Shown: piece by piece, positions 40,614 to 54,553 of the stretch
How the letters are laid out: the number at the start of each line of letters is the position of its first letter
Position numbering within the stretch: position 1 is the stretch's first letter
Assembly: GCF_009914755.1 (NCBI RefSeq)
Contig: NC_060939.1
Strand: one strand, 5' to 3'
Source: the human T2T-CHM13v2.0 reference genome, Homo sapiens
DNA length: 64,000 nt
Position numbers and translations under genes: made by a program
The notes under the pieces: model-generated
Seen by the model: only the letters and a program-made list of their open reading frames with translations
Databases searched by the model: none
Told to the model about the DNA's origin: nothing

Positions 40614-40788
40614 CAGTGCTGGCCAATAGAACTTTGTGCAGTGGTAGAAGCATTCTATACCTGCATTGCCTAATAGAGTAGCTGTAGCCACTAGCCATAG
40701 GTGACAATCGAGTTAGTCAATTTAAAAATTTAAAAATAAATTTCAACATCCACATATAGCTTATGAACTATGGTACTGGATAGCAGAG
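40614..40788. mobile_element. MER3-like hAT element with 8-bp TSD, nested in an MLT1-type LTR (~40525-41076, resuming after 42685)
   Basis: Starts cagtgctggccaatagaact. TSD ctctaaag / ctctagag (NTCTAGAN-type hAT target). Confidence 0.78.
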
Positions 40789-41076
40789 CTCTAGAGAGAC
40801 ATACCTGTAAGAAAGTAGGAAGCAGAATTGGACAGAGGTAGAAGCTGACTCAGCCAGTCCTCTGGGCACGTCTAGAACTGGGATAGGCTGTCAAAGGTGT
40901 CCCCAGTTGAAGCAAAGCAACTGAACTTTAGTATGACAGCATGAGACAGTCATTGGTGCTGCCTCCTAGAAGAAGGAGCAACCTTGGGTGAGTCAGCTCT
41001 TCACTGGAAATTAAGGGCAATTTCCAGTGAAGAGCATATCTGTGAGCCTTTAGCAGCCAATATTACCAGAAGCAAG

Positions 41077-42685
41077 TATTACAGGATACTGGGAGTGTTG
41101 CTTCATTAGCCAGAAAACTTTGTGGCCAGTGGCACCTTTGCCTGAGTTTTGCTCGAGCCCACTGGACTTGTTTCACCCACTCACACTGGCAGGCCATGCT
41201 TGGCTTGTGCTACTGGCCTGGATCCCATTCCTTCAAGGGTGAACCAGGCATGAAGCAGTGAGGGGTGTATGAGTGAGCAAGCATGGAGTCCGGCTGCTCT
41301 GCACAGCCAGGCACACTGGCTGTGGTGGGGTAGGCAGCTCCAGATGCTGGCATGGGTGCCAGCTCCCTGCAAGGCTGCAGCTGGTCCAGGCTTGCCACAA
41401 GCAGCTTCCACTGCTGGCACCAGGGAACATGGTGGTGCCTGGAAGTCTGGAACACCAGGAACCATAGAGTCCCAAAGAAGGTGTCACAGCCCTGGCTTGG
41501 GAGCTTCTAGTCTGGGTTCCCCGAAGGGCTGCAGCTCTTCTCTTTTCCTCTCTTCTCTCCTTCTTATTGCCCGCAACATGGTGAGCAAGGGGCATGTTTC
41601 TGCCCTGTTTGTGTTACAGCTCTTTTAGTCCTGCTATTCAGTGGGTCCCAAGTTCTTGTCTCACATCCAGGAAGAATGAGGTACACCGACAACTAAAGGG
41701 TGAGTAAGGTGAAGAGGTGCTTTATTGAGCAACAGTACAGCTCTCTGGAGACTCGAAGTGGGTAGCTCCTATCCATAGGCAGGCCATCCTGTCAAGGGTG
41801 CAGTTTTCAGCAGACAAGAAACCCAGAGTGGGTAGCTCCTATCATCAGGCAGGTCATCCCAACATCTGCTTAGCTCTCAGCTGAAAGAAGACCCTCAGTG
41901 GGCAGCTCCTCTCTGCAGACAGGTCCTCTGAATGTCTCCCCAAGTCTGTCTGAGTCTGGGGTTTTTATGGGCTTCAAAAGGAGGAAGTGTGTTCTAATTA
42001 GTTCATGGGTGGCTATGAGAGGGCCCAGAAAAAGCACCATAAGTTCTCATTCCAGTCTGTGGAACTGGCAGCCCAGCCCCCAGCTTCAGGCCTTCCCAGG
42101 CCCTTTCCACCCAGGAGCCTATCTGCCTCCCACTGTCATCAGCCTGTCAGCCCAGGTGCCCAGGCTGTTTGTACTGAGGGACACCTGCAGGCCTACACCA
42201 AGGCAGCCTCAGTAACCCCCACCCCGGCCTCCCTCTCATGCCCCTCAGCACCCAAAGTCTGGAGGGGCCAAGGCAGCAGGGAGCTGGCATTTCTGCACCA
42301 CCTCCAGCAAGCAAACACACCTCTGGGTTGTGACAGTGCCCAGGCTTAGTCTCAACTTTGCTTCAAAATTGGAGCAGGCACCAGGAGCAGGAAGAGGCCA
42401 GGCAGCAGGAGCAGGCATTTCTGAGCCTGCTGAAGAAGGGAGGCATTTCTGAGCCTGCAGAGGAAGGGAGGCCTTCTAGGGCCCCTGAGCTCAGGAATGC
42501 TCAGGTCTGCAGCTGCACCCAGAGGGGCAGGATTTCCATTCCTCCAACTTGGAAGGGGTGGGGGCTTCTGCCTGTTCCTGGCTCCTGCTAGCTCTGTGGA
42601 GCATGCAGTCCTGGCTGCGCCTCGCCGGCTGGCTGCAACTGTCATCTTCACAACAGCCTCTCCAGATGGGCTGCCACTGCCATCA
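41077..42685 (-). mobile_element. MER52-family ERV1 solo LTR (~1.6 kb, GC-rich)
   Basis: Minus strand begins tgatggcagtggcagcccatctggag. Internal gagtgggtagctcct repeats. Minus-strand AATAAA (tttatt at ~41721). Confidence 0.88.
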
Positions 42686-43178
42686 TTAGGGGATTGGCGC
42701 TAAGCTCTGGAGAGATTCTGAGCAGATCACTGCAGTATCCATGATAGAGCTGATCATTTATTTGTACTGCTCTATAAGAATTGAATTCTATAAATAAACC
42801 ACAGTTTACTAATATATTCTATAGATGATAAGAGATTTAGGTTATTTCCAGTTTGAGGAGGTATGGCTATGGTAAACCATGTTTCTCTAAACAGTCCTGT
42901 ATATGTCTTCTGGTGAATAAATGCAAGAATTTCTGTAAGATATATACCTGTAAGTAGAATTACAGAAAGTTAGGATATGTGTGTAATTGACTGCACTAGG
43001 TAAAGCTTGGATGTTTTCCACATAGTTACAGAGTTTACATATTGCAGCCTCTCATTCAGTGCCTCAACTGTATCAAATGAAAGGTTTATTCAAAATTTCT
43101 AATCTACCTTGCAGAAAAGAAACTTGGATTTTTTAATATCATTTTTCTCTGAATGCAGTGTTGAAATAAATTTAACCC

Positions 43179-43776
43179 TGTAGTGGTTGGCACTAAATTC
43201 TAAAATAACCACCAGTGAGTAATGCTATTGTTTAATGCTTTTCCCTTGAATCTTGACTGAATCTGTGACTTGCTTCTAGCCAACGGAGTACGGCAAAAAC
43301 CATAAACAAAAACAACAAATATAAATTCACATTTAGATTATTTTGTATGTTAAAGGTAAAGGATTTTTACAGATGTAATTAAGGTCCTTAGTAAGTTTGA
43401 ATTGAATCAATGAAAAGAAGGACTACATTGTGTGAGTCTGATTTAATCAGGTGAGCTCTTTTAAAGGGGGCTTCAGCCTTTTCTGAGGTCAGATACATTG
43501 TTTTTCTGGTCTTAAAGAATCAAGCCTTCCTGAATTCTAGAGATGCATGGAAATTAATTCTGCCAACAATGATGTGAGTTTGCGTGAGGACCCTGAACTC
43601 AGATGAAACACCACCGCCAGCCAATGGCTAGATTGCAGCCCCCTGAAACATAGAGCAGAAGACCCAGCGGAGCTGTGCCTGGACTCTTGACCCATTAAAA
43701 CTGTGTGACAATAAATGTATATTTTTTTAAAGCTGCCAAAATTGTAGCAATTTGTTACACAGCAAAAGAAAACAAA
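43179..43776 (+). mobile_element. MLT1 (D/E-like) LTR
   Basis: gattttta cagatgtaattaaggtcc...aattctgccaacaa...tgtagcaatttgttacacagcaaaagaaaac. Confidence 0.78.
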
Positions 43777-44401
43777 CACCCATTTGCAGCAAAATTTCCC
43801 CTTTTTTTAATCACAATATTTTATTTTCTCCATCTGACTATTACCTTTTCTTGAGTATTTTTTATTAGAGTCAGAGACTGTATTCTTTCTGTCTTTAAGA
43901 CAATCCTTAATTCCTGGAGAAGAGACATTGAATATCATTCAAATTGCTTTCATGTAGTATCTAGTAGTAACTGTGTCCTTTCAAATAAATTTTTAACTTT
44001 CCCAAGGATAAATGTACTTGTAGGAATTCAAGGATTGAATAGAAGTTATTTATGTTTATTTCAAAGATAAAATATATAAAAATAAATTTCCTGGAACATC
44101 TAAGAATACCTAAGTTTAAGAAAAGAAAGGTATGGGTTATAGTATTTTAAGATTCCTCTAAAGACAAAAAGGGGTTTTAAGAAGATAACAATGACAGAAA
44201 CATAAGGAAAATTTGGATGACACCTGAAACATAGCCAGAAAAAGCATATACGAGTTTAAATTTTATAAAGAACAATGGAATTATGTTATTACAGATAAAA
44301 CTAGCTGCTAAATTAAATACATTTAAACTCAAATATGAGTAACAAGTTTTATTGTTACATGAAAGTCTAAAAATCAGTCTGACTGATACTCAAGTAGTCT
44401 T

Positions 44402-45726
44402 CCTGTCATAGTTTGGGTTGTCCAAGAGCAGGGCCTAAGAGAAAGACTCGAAGGTAGTTTATTTGAGATGTGATCCCAGGAAAGAGAAGCTGAATATGTA
44501 GAGAAAATGACATAAAGAACAAAGAAAAGCAGTAACATGTGCTATAGTGAGCTGGTAAATCTATGCTCTGCTTCTCTGAGAACCCATTGAAAACCACATG
44601 AAACATATTTGAGAATTGTCCCAGTGGAAGATGGTGAGTTCAATAGGTTTCATGATGTCCCCCAGAAAGACTTGCTGTTCACCCAGAACCTCAGAGTGTT
44701 ACCTGATTTGGAACAAGTGCCTTTGCAAATGTAACTAAGGTAATCATCTTGAGATGAGATCCTCCTAGATTAGAATAGGCCCTAGATCCAATGACAGACA
44801 TTCTTAAGGGAGCCAGAAAAGGAGCAGACACACAGAGAGGAGAAGCCCTTGTGAAGGCAGAGGCAGAGATCAGTGTTATGCAGCTACAAATTGAAGAATA
44901 TCACAGCCTAGCAGCCGTCAGGTGCTAGGAGAGAATCATGAAATGGATTTTCCTTCAGAGCCTCCAGAAAGAACCAACCACCGCCCCACAGGGCTGCTTG
45001 GGCTTCTTCACAGCATAATGGCTGTATTTTAAGAGCACATGTTCAAGCATCAAGAGCAGAGACAAGCATTGAGAATTGCATTTCTTAAGACTACAGCCTG
45101 GAAATAGATCAATTCTGCCATATTCTATTGGTCAAAGTCACCCATGTTCAAGGGGAGAAAAACAGACATACTTTTTGAAGGAAGAATTGACAAATAATTT
45201 GAAACTATCCTTAACCCTCCACACTTGTTAGGTGTGTACCCAAGAAAAAGGAGGAACAGATTAGGTGAACAGCTATTCAGCCTCTGTCATGATTGGAGCT
45301 TTTTAAGCTGTTTATCCTTTTAAGCAGTAACTGTATATTTTGATCAACATCCTATGAAGTACTTAAAACTTGTCTTAATCCATTCAGACTGTTATAAGAA
45401 AAGTCCTTATACTGGGTAATTTATAAGCAACAGAAATTTATTTCTCACAGTTCTGAGGCCAGGAAGTTCAAGATGAAGGTGCTAGCAGATTTGGTGTCTG
45501 CTAAGGGTCCATTCCTTATAGATAGCACAGTCTTTCTGTGTCCTCACATGGCAAAAGGAGTGAACCAGCTCCCTCAGGCCTCTTTTGTAAGGGCATTAAT
45601 CCTCTTATGGAGGGTTCCAGCCCCATGATGACCTAACAACTTCCCAAAGGCCTCACCTCTTAATAGTATTGCATTGGTGATTAGGTATCAATGTATGAAT
45701 TTGGCCGTGGGGATTAGACCATATCA
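44402..45726. mobile_element. Cluster of nested MaLR LTRs (MLT1 pieces; MLT1B/C-like ~44640-44985; antisense MLT1A/MSTD-like 45371-45726)
   Basis: Characteristic MaLR text (gtgaaggcagaggcagagat; tttatttctcacagttctgaggccaggaagttcaagatgaagg). Confidence 0.72.
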
Positions 45727-47681
45727 CTTATGGATTACATTTTCATATCTGTGAACTTAGTTACAAGTATATAATCATAGGAATGCATATTAACAAATGC
45801 ACAGGGCATGTAGTCAATTTTTAGATACAGTATGGGATTTTTTTTTTGGTACAGCATTCCCTGAAAAAAGTGATGTTTTTATATGTAGATACCCATGTGT
45901 ACGTGGAAGTTTATAACATTTGGAGACATCAGATACTAGAACATTTTTATTATGTTACACTAAAATCTTCTCTGTTGAACATTTTACTCACAAGTAAAAG
46001 TATTAGTATTATTTTCTTGACCACAAGAAACAAATCCAAGTTATCTTCTAGTCTTCTGTACAACAACCCATCATGTATTTGAAATCAGCTATCATGTTAC
46101 TCCAGAGTTTGTTATCTTTGTTCTAAGCACTACCAGTGCTTTTAAAGAGGTGATATATGAAGCAGAAAATAAATGCTAGCCAGATATGATCTATTGCATT
46201 TTTCTTTTTTAATACAAGTGTAATTTACCTAAAGAGAAAGGAGCAGCTATTAGTTTATTAAAATGGTAGTGTTTTATATTCAAGAAACTTTCATATGCAT
46301 GTCTCTTGGATCCTCAGGACCTCGTCAATTACTACAGCATATACCATAAACTTAATTAAATGTAAGTATTCCCCCATTTTGGTAATAAATATATAATATT
46401 AAATATATTCTACACATACACTTGCTATAACTATCAGAAATATAGAAATATATATGTATATATTATCATTTCAATATTAGGAATCTAAAGTTTTGAAGAG
46501 ATTAATTCTTTGCCCAAATTTATACAATAAATTAAGGTAAGCTGAGACCACAGTAAAAGTTTCTGATCCTATGTTCAGTTACTATTTTTCTATTATAACG
46601 TGCTGTTAAATAATTTATATATTTAAAATTCCACATTCAGAATTGTAATATTTTATAATTATGTATAGTTTAATTAACTATGTACAGTCTATTCAAATTC
46701 AAGGAACAATTTTGAGATGTTAAAAACCACTTAGAGTGCTCAAACACTTTGAAATGCAGTTTTGGCAATTTAAATGTCAGGATACCTCTGACTCATTTAA
46801 ACTGAAAGGACCCTGTAAAGACTATTGAATATTTTATGGTAATGAAACTGAAATATTCTAATATATGGAAATTCCTAGTTTTGTTTCTAACCAAATTAAT
46901 GTATTTTTAGCTTTTGATAATTACTCTTAAGACCACTAGTTGCTCAGTTTTTTTGTTTTCAGTTATTAATAGCAACAGTCTTATTATGTTACTTGAGAAA
47001 ACTAGTAATCCCTTAGTAACTATTAATTTTAAAAGTAATGTTTTATATAGGGTCTAGTATGAAAGTCTATCAACAGCTAGAAAGGATACTACATAAATAC
47101 CTAGTAAACTATTCCACTTCCTCTTAAAATTAGGGAATTGTGTGTAGTTGGAAATTCATCAGGTCTGAAGGTGAAAGATACATCTTTCATTATCATGACA
47201 GAATACAAAAATCTAGCAAACTCATGACTGATACTGGCACCCAAAAGTAAGTGTATTACTCTTGTTTCTAAAAAGCAAGTCCTGTTTTTAATCTGACTTT
47301 ATTATAAGTTATCTTTTATAGCCTTTATTATACCTTTTTTAATACCTTTATTATAAGTTACCTTTTACAGTGAACTTTTCCTATGAACATGAGACTTCAT
47401 AAGAGCAGTGCTATGTATGTAAGGCCAAATTTGCAGGCCATATTTTCAGTTATCCTGATTTAGTAGGTCTACAATAGAGGCTCTAAAATCAACTGTATTT
47501 CTATCAAGCAACCTACATGGTTCTGATGGAGAAGATCCGTGGACCAGACTTAGAAAAGCAATGGTCAATAGGAGCTGTGAATATTGGCCCCAATTCCATT
47601 CCACATACGTTTCTTTTACATTCTCTGTATAAGTTGCAATTCACACTTTGCTCAGGTATTTTTGGTATGGGTTTTAAAATT

Positions 47682-49540
47682 ATTATTTTTTAGTTGAAAG
47701 ATAAATTGAATGTATTTATCATGCACAACATGATGTTTTGAAGGATATATACATTGTGAAATGACTCAATCTAGCTAATTGATATATACATTGCCTCACA
47801 TAGTTATTATTTCTATGGTGAGAACAATTTATATCTATTCTCTTAGCATTTTTCTAGAATACAATATACTGTTAACTATGGTAAACATGGTGTACAATAG
47901 ATCTCTTGAATTTATTCCTTCTAACTAAAATTTTGTGTCCTTTGACCAACAGCTCTCTAAGCCCCCACCCCCAACCCTACCCTAACCACCCCTGCCCCTG
48001 TTAACACCATTCTACTATCTACTTCTATGAGATCAACTTTTTTAGGTTCCATACATGAGCGTGATTTTTGTCTTTCTGTGCCTGGCTTAATCCCCTTAAC
48101 ATAATGTTCTCCAAGTTCATCCATGAAGCAACATTTCCGTTCTTTAACACTACATAGGATTCCACTGTGTTTATACATATGTATGGTTTTTATCCACTCA
48201 TTCATTGATAGCTACTTAAGTTGATTCCATATCTTGGCTATTGTGAATAATGCTACAATGAATATGGGAGTGTCACTATCTCTTTGACATACTGATTTAA
48301 TATCTTTTGGATATATATACAGTGGTCAGCTGAATCACATGGTAGTTCTATTTTTAGTTTTATGAGAAAGAGACTGTTTTCCATAATAGCTGTACTGATT
48401 TACATTCCCATCAAAAGTGTGCGAGAGTTCTCTTTATGTCCTAACCAACACGTGTTATGTTTTGTTTTTTTGATAATAGCCATTCTGACAAGTGAAAGGT
48501 GATATTTCATTGTGGTTTTAATTTGCATTTCCCTGATAATAAATGATGCTGAGCATTTTTCTGTATATGTGTTGACTATTTGTATATCTTCTTTTGACAA
48601 ATATCTGTTTAGGTTCTTTGCCCATGTTTAATTGGGTTATTTGTTTCCTTGCTATTGAGTTGTTTGAATGTCTTACAAATTTTGGGTAGTAACTCCTTAT
48701 CAAATGTATAGATGGCAAATATTTTTCTGGTTCTATAAGCTGTCCCTTCACTATTTTGAGTTCTTTGTTGTACAAAAGAACAAAGTTTTTGTTTAGTGTA
48801 AACCCATTTGTTTATTTTTGCCTTTGTTTCCTGTGCTTTTGGGATCACATCCAAAAAAATCTTAATCCAGTCTAGTGTCATGGAGCTTTTCTCCTGTTTT
48901 CTTTTAGTGATTTAATAGCTTGTGGTCTTACATTGAAGTCTTTAAAGATTTTGAGTTGGTTTTTGTGTCTGGTGTCAAATAAGGGTATAATTTTATTCTT
49001 CTGCATGTGGATGTCTAGTTTTCTTAACATCATTGATTGAAGAGATTGTCCTTTAACTATTGTGTGCCCATGGCATATTTTTGAAAATCAGGTGGCTAGG
49101 ATTTATTTTTCAGCTCTCTATTCTGTTGCATTGATCTGTGTGTCTGCTTTTATATTAGCACCATACTGTTTTGGTTACTATGGCTTTGTAGTATATTTTG
49201 AAGTCAGGTAGTGTGATGCCTCCAGCTTTTTTTTCTTTTTTTACACAAAATTGCTTTGGTTATACAGGATCTGTGGTGGTTTCATACAAATTTTAGGATC
49301 GTTTTCTCAATTTCTGTGAAGAATGCCATTGGCATTTTGATAGTGATTGCATTGACTCTGTAGATCACTTTGGGTCATATAGATATTTTAACAATACTAC
49401 ACTTCCAATCCATAAACATTGGACATCTTTTTATTCATTTGTGTCTTTTTAAATTTCTTTTATTCCTATTTATAGATTTTAATTTAGATGTCTTTCACCT
49501 TCTGGGTTAAATTAACTCTTACATATTTTTTGTAGCTATT
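47682..49540 (-). mobile_element. 5'-truncated L1MA, antisense
   Basis: 3'UTR at the left. Minus-strand ORF2 remnants ([14 protein letters not shown]). Confidence 0.88.
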
Positions 49541-52500
49541 ATATGTATGCACCCAGATTCATAAAGAAAATATTACTAGATATCTAAAAAATCTAAAAAT
49601 ATCTTTTAAAAAGATACAAACTTCAACACAGTAATAATGGAAGATTTCAACATCCTACTCTCAGCATTAAACAGATCTTCTGGACAGAAAATCAACAGAG
49701 ACATTGGACTTAAACTGAACTTGCGACCAAATGAATCTAACAGATACTTACAGAGCATTTTATCCAACAACTACATATTCTTCTCATCAGCATGTGGAAC
49801 ATTCTCCAGAATAAAATACATGTTAGTCCACAAAACAAGGTTCAAAATATTTTAAAAATCAAAATTATGTAATGTATCTTCTCAGACTACAGTGAGTAAA
49901 ACTAGAAATCAATAGCAAGAAGGACTTTGGAATCTATACATATACTTGGAAAACAAACAACACACTCCTGAATGACCATTGGATCAATAGGAAAATTAAG
50001 ATTTATATTAAAACATGTCTTGAGAGAGAGAAAAATGGAAATATAAAATATTAATTTCTGCAGGACATAGCAAAAGCAATGCTAAGAGGAAAGTTTATAG
50101 CACCAAACAACTACATAAACAAAAAGTGAGGCTGGGCTCAGTGGCTCACTCCTATAGTCCCCACACTTTGGGAGACTTGGGAGGCAGAGGCAGGCAGATT
50201 GCTTAAGCCCAGGAGTTTGAGACAAGCCTGGGCAACATGGCAAAACTCCATCTCCGCAAAACGTACAAAAATTATCCTAGTGTAGTGGCATATGCCTGTA
50301 GTCCCAGCTACTCAGGAGGCTGAGGTGGGACCCAGAAAGTTAAGGTTGCAGTGAGCCAACATTGAGCCGTTGCCCTCCAGCTTGGGTGACAGAGTGAGAC
50401 CCTATCCCAAAAACAAACAAAAAACAACAATGAAAAAAAAAACTCAGAAAGATTTCAAATAGTCTCATTGTACACTTCAAGCAACTAGAAAAGCAAGAAT
50501 AAATCTAACCCAAAATTAGCAGAAGGAAGGAAATGATAAAGGTGAGAGCAGAACTAAACAAAATAGAGACTAAAGAAACCAATGCAAAAGTTGGTTGTTC
50601 AAAGAGATTTAAACATTTGATAAACTGATAACTAGACTACCCAAGAACAAAAGCAAGAAGCTCAAAACAGACGACCTCAGAAATGAAAAAGGAGACATTA
50701 TGACTGATATTTTGAAATACAAAAGATCACCAGAGATTATTATTAACAACTATACACTAACCAACTGAAAAACCTAGAAGAAATGAATAGATTCTTGGAA
50801 GCATACAACTTACCAAGATTCAATGAGGAAGAAACAGGAAATCTAAACAGGCCAATAATGAGGAGCAACATTGAATCAGTAATGGAAATTCTATGAACAA
50901 ATAAAAGCTCAGGACAGGATGGATTCAATGCAGAATTCTACCAAACATATAAAGAAGAATGAATACCACTTTTTCTTAAACTATTCCAAAAATTGAATAG
51001 AGAATTCTCCCTACTCATTCTATGAGGCTAGCATTTTCCTAATACTCAAACCAGACAAAGATACACACAAAAAAGCTATAGACCAATATCTCTGATAAAT
51101 ATAGATGCAAAAATCCTTATGAAATACTAACAAACTGAATGCAACAACACATTAAACAGATAATGCATCATGATCAAGTGAGATTTATCCCAAGGATGGT
51201 AGCATAGTTCAACATATTCAGGTCAATAAATGTGATCTATTATGTCAGCAGAAGGAAAGACAAAACCCATAGGATTATCACAATAGATGCAGGAAAATAT
51301 CGTTCTTTTATAACAACGCTGAGCAAACTAGGCATAGAAATATCATACCTCAAAATAATAAATACCATATATGATAAACCCACGCTAACATCATACTGAA
51401 GGGGGAGATTTGAAAGCATTTTCTCTAAGAAATGAAACAAATGGTGAAAAATGCCCGCTCTCACCACTCCTATGCAACATGGTGCTGGAAGTCTTTGCCA
51501 GAGAAATCAGGCAAGAAAAATAAGTAAAAGTCACCAAAATTAGAAGAGAGTCAAACTGTCCCTTTTTGTAAATGACATGATCTTAGGTCCAGATAATCCA
51601 AAAGACTACCAGAAAATTCTTAGAACTTATAAACAAAGTCAGTAAAGTTGAAGGATACAAAATCAACATACAAAAATCAGTAGCATTTCTATCCACCAAT
51701 AATGGCATAGCCAAAAAAGAAATTAAGAAGGCAGTCTCATTTTCAATAGCTGCAAAAAAATACCTAGGAATAAATTTAATCAAGGAAGAGAAAGACCTCT
51801 ACAAGGAAAACTGCAAAACACTGATGAAAGGAATTGAAGAAGACACAAACAAATGGAAAGACATTACTTGTTCATGAATCAGAAGAATTAATATTATTGA
51901 AATGACCATACTACCCAAAGCAATCTATGGATTCAATGTAATTCCTATCAAAATACCAATGCCATTTTTTACAGAAATATAATACACAATTCTAAAATTC
52001 ATATGGAACAAGTAAAGAGCTGAAATAGCCAAAGCAACCCTGAGCATAAAGAACAAACCCGGAGGCATCATGCTATCTGACTTCAAAATATATTACAAAG
52101 CTATTGTAACCATGACAGCATGGTATTTGTATGAAAGTAAACACATAGACCAATGAAACTGAATAGAGGACCCAGAGATAAATCCACATATTTACAGCCA
52201 ACTCATCTTCAACATAGATTCCAGGAACATACACTGGGGAAAGCACACTCTCTTCATTAAATGATGCTGGGGAAAATGTATAACTATATCCAAAAGAATG
52301 AAACTGGACCCCTGTCTCTACCGTATACAAAAGGCAACTCAATATGAACATGTTAAACCTGAAATTATAAAACTACTAGAAGAAAACAGAGGGAAAATTC
52401 TTCAGGATATTGGTCTTCCGAAAATCTTTCTAGGGAAAGATTTTATGGCTAAGAGCTCAAAAGCATAGGCAACAAAAACAAAAATAGACTATTGAGACCA

Positions 52501-53696
52501 TAGTAAAGTTAAAAGCTTCTGCACAACAGAGAAACACTCAACAGAGTGAAGAGGCATCCTCTTGAACTAAAGAAAATATTTGCAAATTATTCATCCTACA
52601 GGGCACTAATATCTGGAATATACAGGGAACTCAAACATCTCAATAGTAAAAAATAATAATTCTATTAAAAAGTGGGCAAAGGATATGAATAGATATTTCC
52701 CAAAAGAAGATATACAGATGTCCAACAGGTACATAAAAAATGCTCAGTATCACTAATCATCAGGGAAATGCAAATCAAAACCACAATGAAACATCACTTT
52801 ACTCCAGTTAGAATGGCTATAATTTTTAAAAGACAAAAAATATCAGATGCTGGCAAGGACGTGAGGAAAAGGGAACTATTACACACTGTTGGTGAGAGTA
52901 TAAATTAGTACAACTACTATGGAAAACAGAACTACCATAGAATATAGCAATCCCGCTACTGGGAAACATGTACTCATGTATTTATTGCAGCATTATTCAC
53001 AAAGAATAGTGGAAAGATATGGAATCAACCTAAGTGCCCATGGTGAACGATGCCCACTTTCACCACTTCTATTCAACATAGTACTGGAAGTCCTTCGGTA
53101 CTATGGAAAGATATGAAATCAACCTAAGTGTTCATCAAGGGAACAACAGATAAAGAAAGTATGGTATATATTCATAATAGAATACTACTTGACCATAAAA
53201 ATAATGAAATCATGTCATTTTCAGTCACATGGGTGGAACTGGAGGTCATTACATTAAGTACAATAAGCCAGGCACAGAAAGACAAATACCACATATTCTC
53301 ATTTATATGTGGGAGCTAATAAACTTGATGTGGAAATAGAGAATAGAATGATAGATACCAGACACTGGGAAAGGTGGGTTGTGGCGAGGGTTGGAGGGGG
53401 GCAGGATGAAGCAGGGTTGATTATGGATATAAAAATATAGTTAGATACAAGAAATAAGTTTTAATGTTTGATAGCAGACTAGGGTTACTATACTTAGCAA
53501 TAATATTATGCACATTTCAAAGTAATTGGAGGACAGGACTTGAAATGATATCAACAAATAAAAATGATAATCATTCAAGGTAATAAATACCCCAAATATG
53601 CTGGCTTAATCATTATATGCTCTATGCGTGCAAGGAACACTCACATGTACCCCATAAATTTGTAAATTATTATATATCAATAAAAGGAGAAAAAAG
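49541..53696 (+). mobile_element. 5'-truncated L1 (L1PB4/L1MA1-4-like), sense, decayed ORF2 EN-RT-Cys plus 3'UTR
   Basis: EDFNILLSALNRSSGQKIN; RT-region text (aaatgacatgatc); tail atcaataaaaggagaaaaaag; many stops. Confidence 0.9.
50130..50442 (+). mobile_element. AluJ (Jb-like) inserted in L1
   Basis: gattgcttaagcccaggagtttgag, gagtgagaccct diagnostics; internal small duplication and deletion. Confidence 0.9.
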
Positions 53697-54104
53697 AATG
53701 CTCTAAAACTGGGTGAAAATCAAATGGAAATTAACTTACAGCTAGACCTTGATTGTGCCTATAATTCTCAAACTGCAAATGAGTGCTCAGGAGTTGTGAC
53801 ATTTGAGAACTCAGGAAGTGCAAAGGCATTTAACAAAGGTATCAATCATTTTGTTCCCTGAAAGCTTTTCTTCTCATTCAAGATATATAACACAAAATAA
53901 AAGTTAGCTCCATATTATTAATGTGAGGTGATGGTTGCCGTCTGTATATATAAACTCAACCAGGTCTTGGCATTGAGGCTAAAGAGAAAAAACCGAGGCT
54001 ACTAACTTGTGTTATTTGCAGTTAAGAGGATGTGGAAATTAAGATAACCCTCAGTTTACTTATCTCTAAAATGATGATAATGGTATTTGACTTTAGTATT
54101 TGGA

Positions 54105-54553
54105 AATAAATGAAGAACATCCAAGTGAGAATACACAGTTTATTTATTCAGACATTGCTATAGCAATAAAGTCAGCTACCATCACTAGCACTTGGCAGAG
54201 ATTGAAAGTCAGGCAGGGAAGTGGAAAAGCCTTATAATAAAAAACATGGAAGGCCTCAGGTGTGATGTGTTTGGAGCATGTTAGCATGGGAAAGCTAGGA
54301 GTCAGCTAAATGGAAGTGACACATCCTGTGTGATTTGTTTAGGGAGTATATTTGGCTTTCTCTTGTTGGTTTTCAGTTAAAAATTAGGGCAAAATATAAG
54401 GAAGCTGGCAGCCATTGACCAAATCCTTACCATTCCAGGTCAGTTGCTGCAAAGGTTGTGATTTGGCCTCCTGCACTTGTTGATGCAGAGATTGTGGGCC
54501 AGAGTTCTATCAGATATGGTCTAGACATTATTCATTTGTATGTTCAGTCTTCA
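54105..54553 (-). mobile_element. ERV-type solo LTR remnant (family uncertain)
   Basis: Minus strand starts tgaagactgaacatacaaatgaataatgtctagaccatat. AATAAA on the minus strand near 54140. Confidence 0.55.

Noticed and set aside
41181-42703. Dense cluster of overlapping 60-120 aa ORFs on both strands
   Set aside because: All lie within the GC-rich MER52 LTR, where stop codons are scarce. There is no recognisable protein.
47682-53696. Single twin-primed (5'-inverted) L1
   Set aside because: Both halves have their own 3'UTR and overlap in consensus coordinates, so they are two elements.
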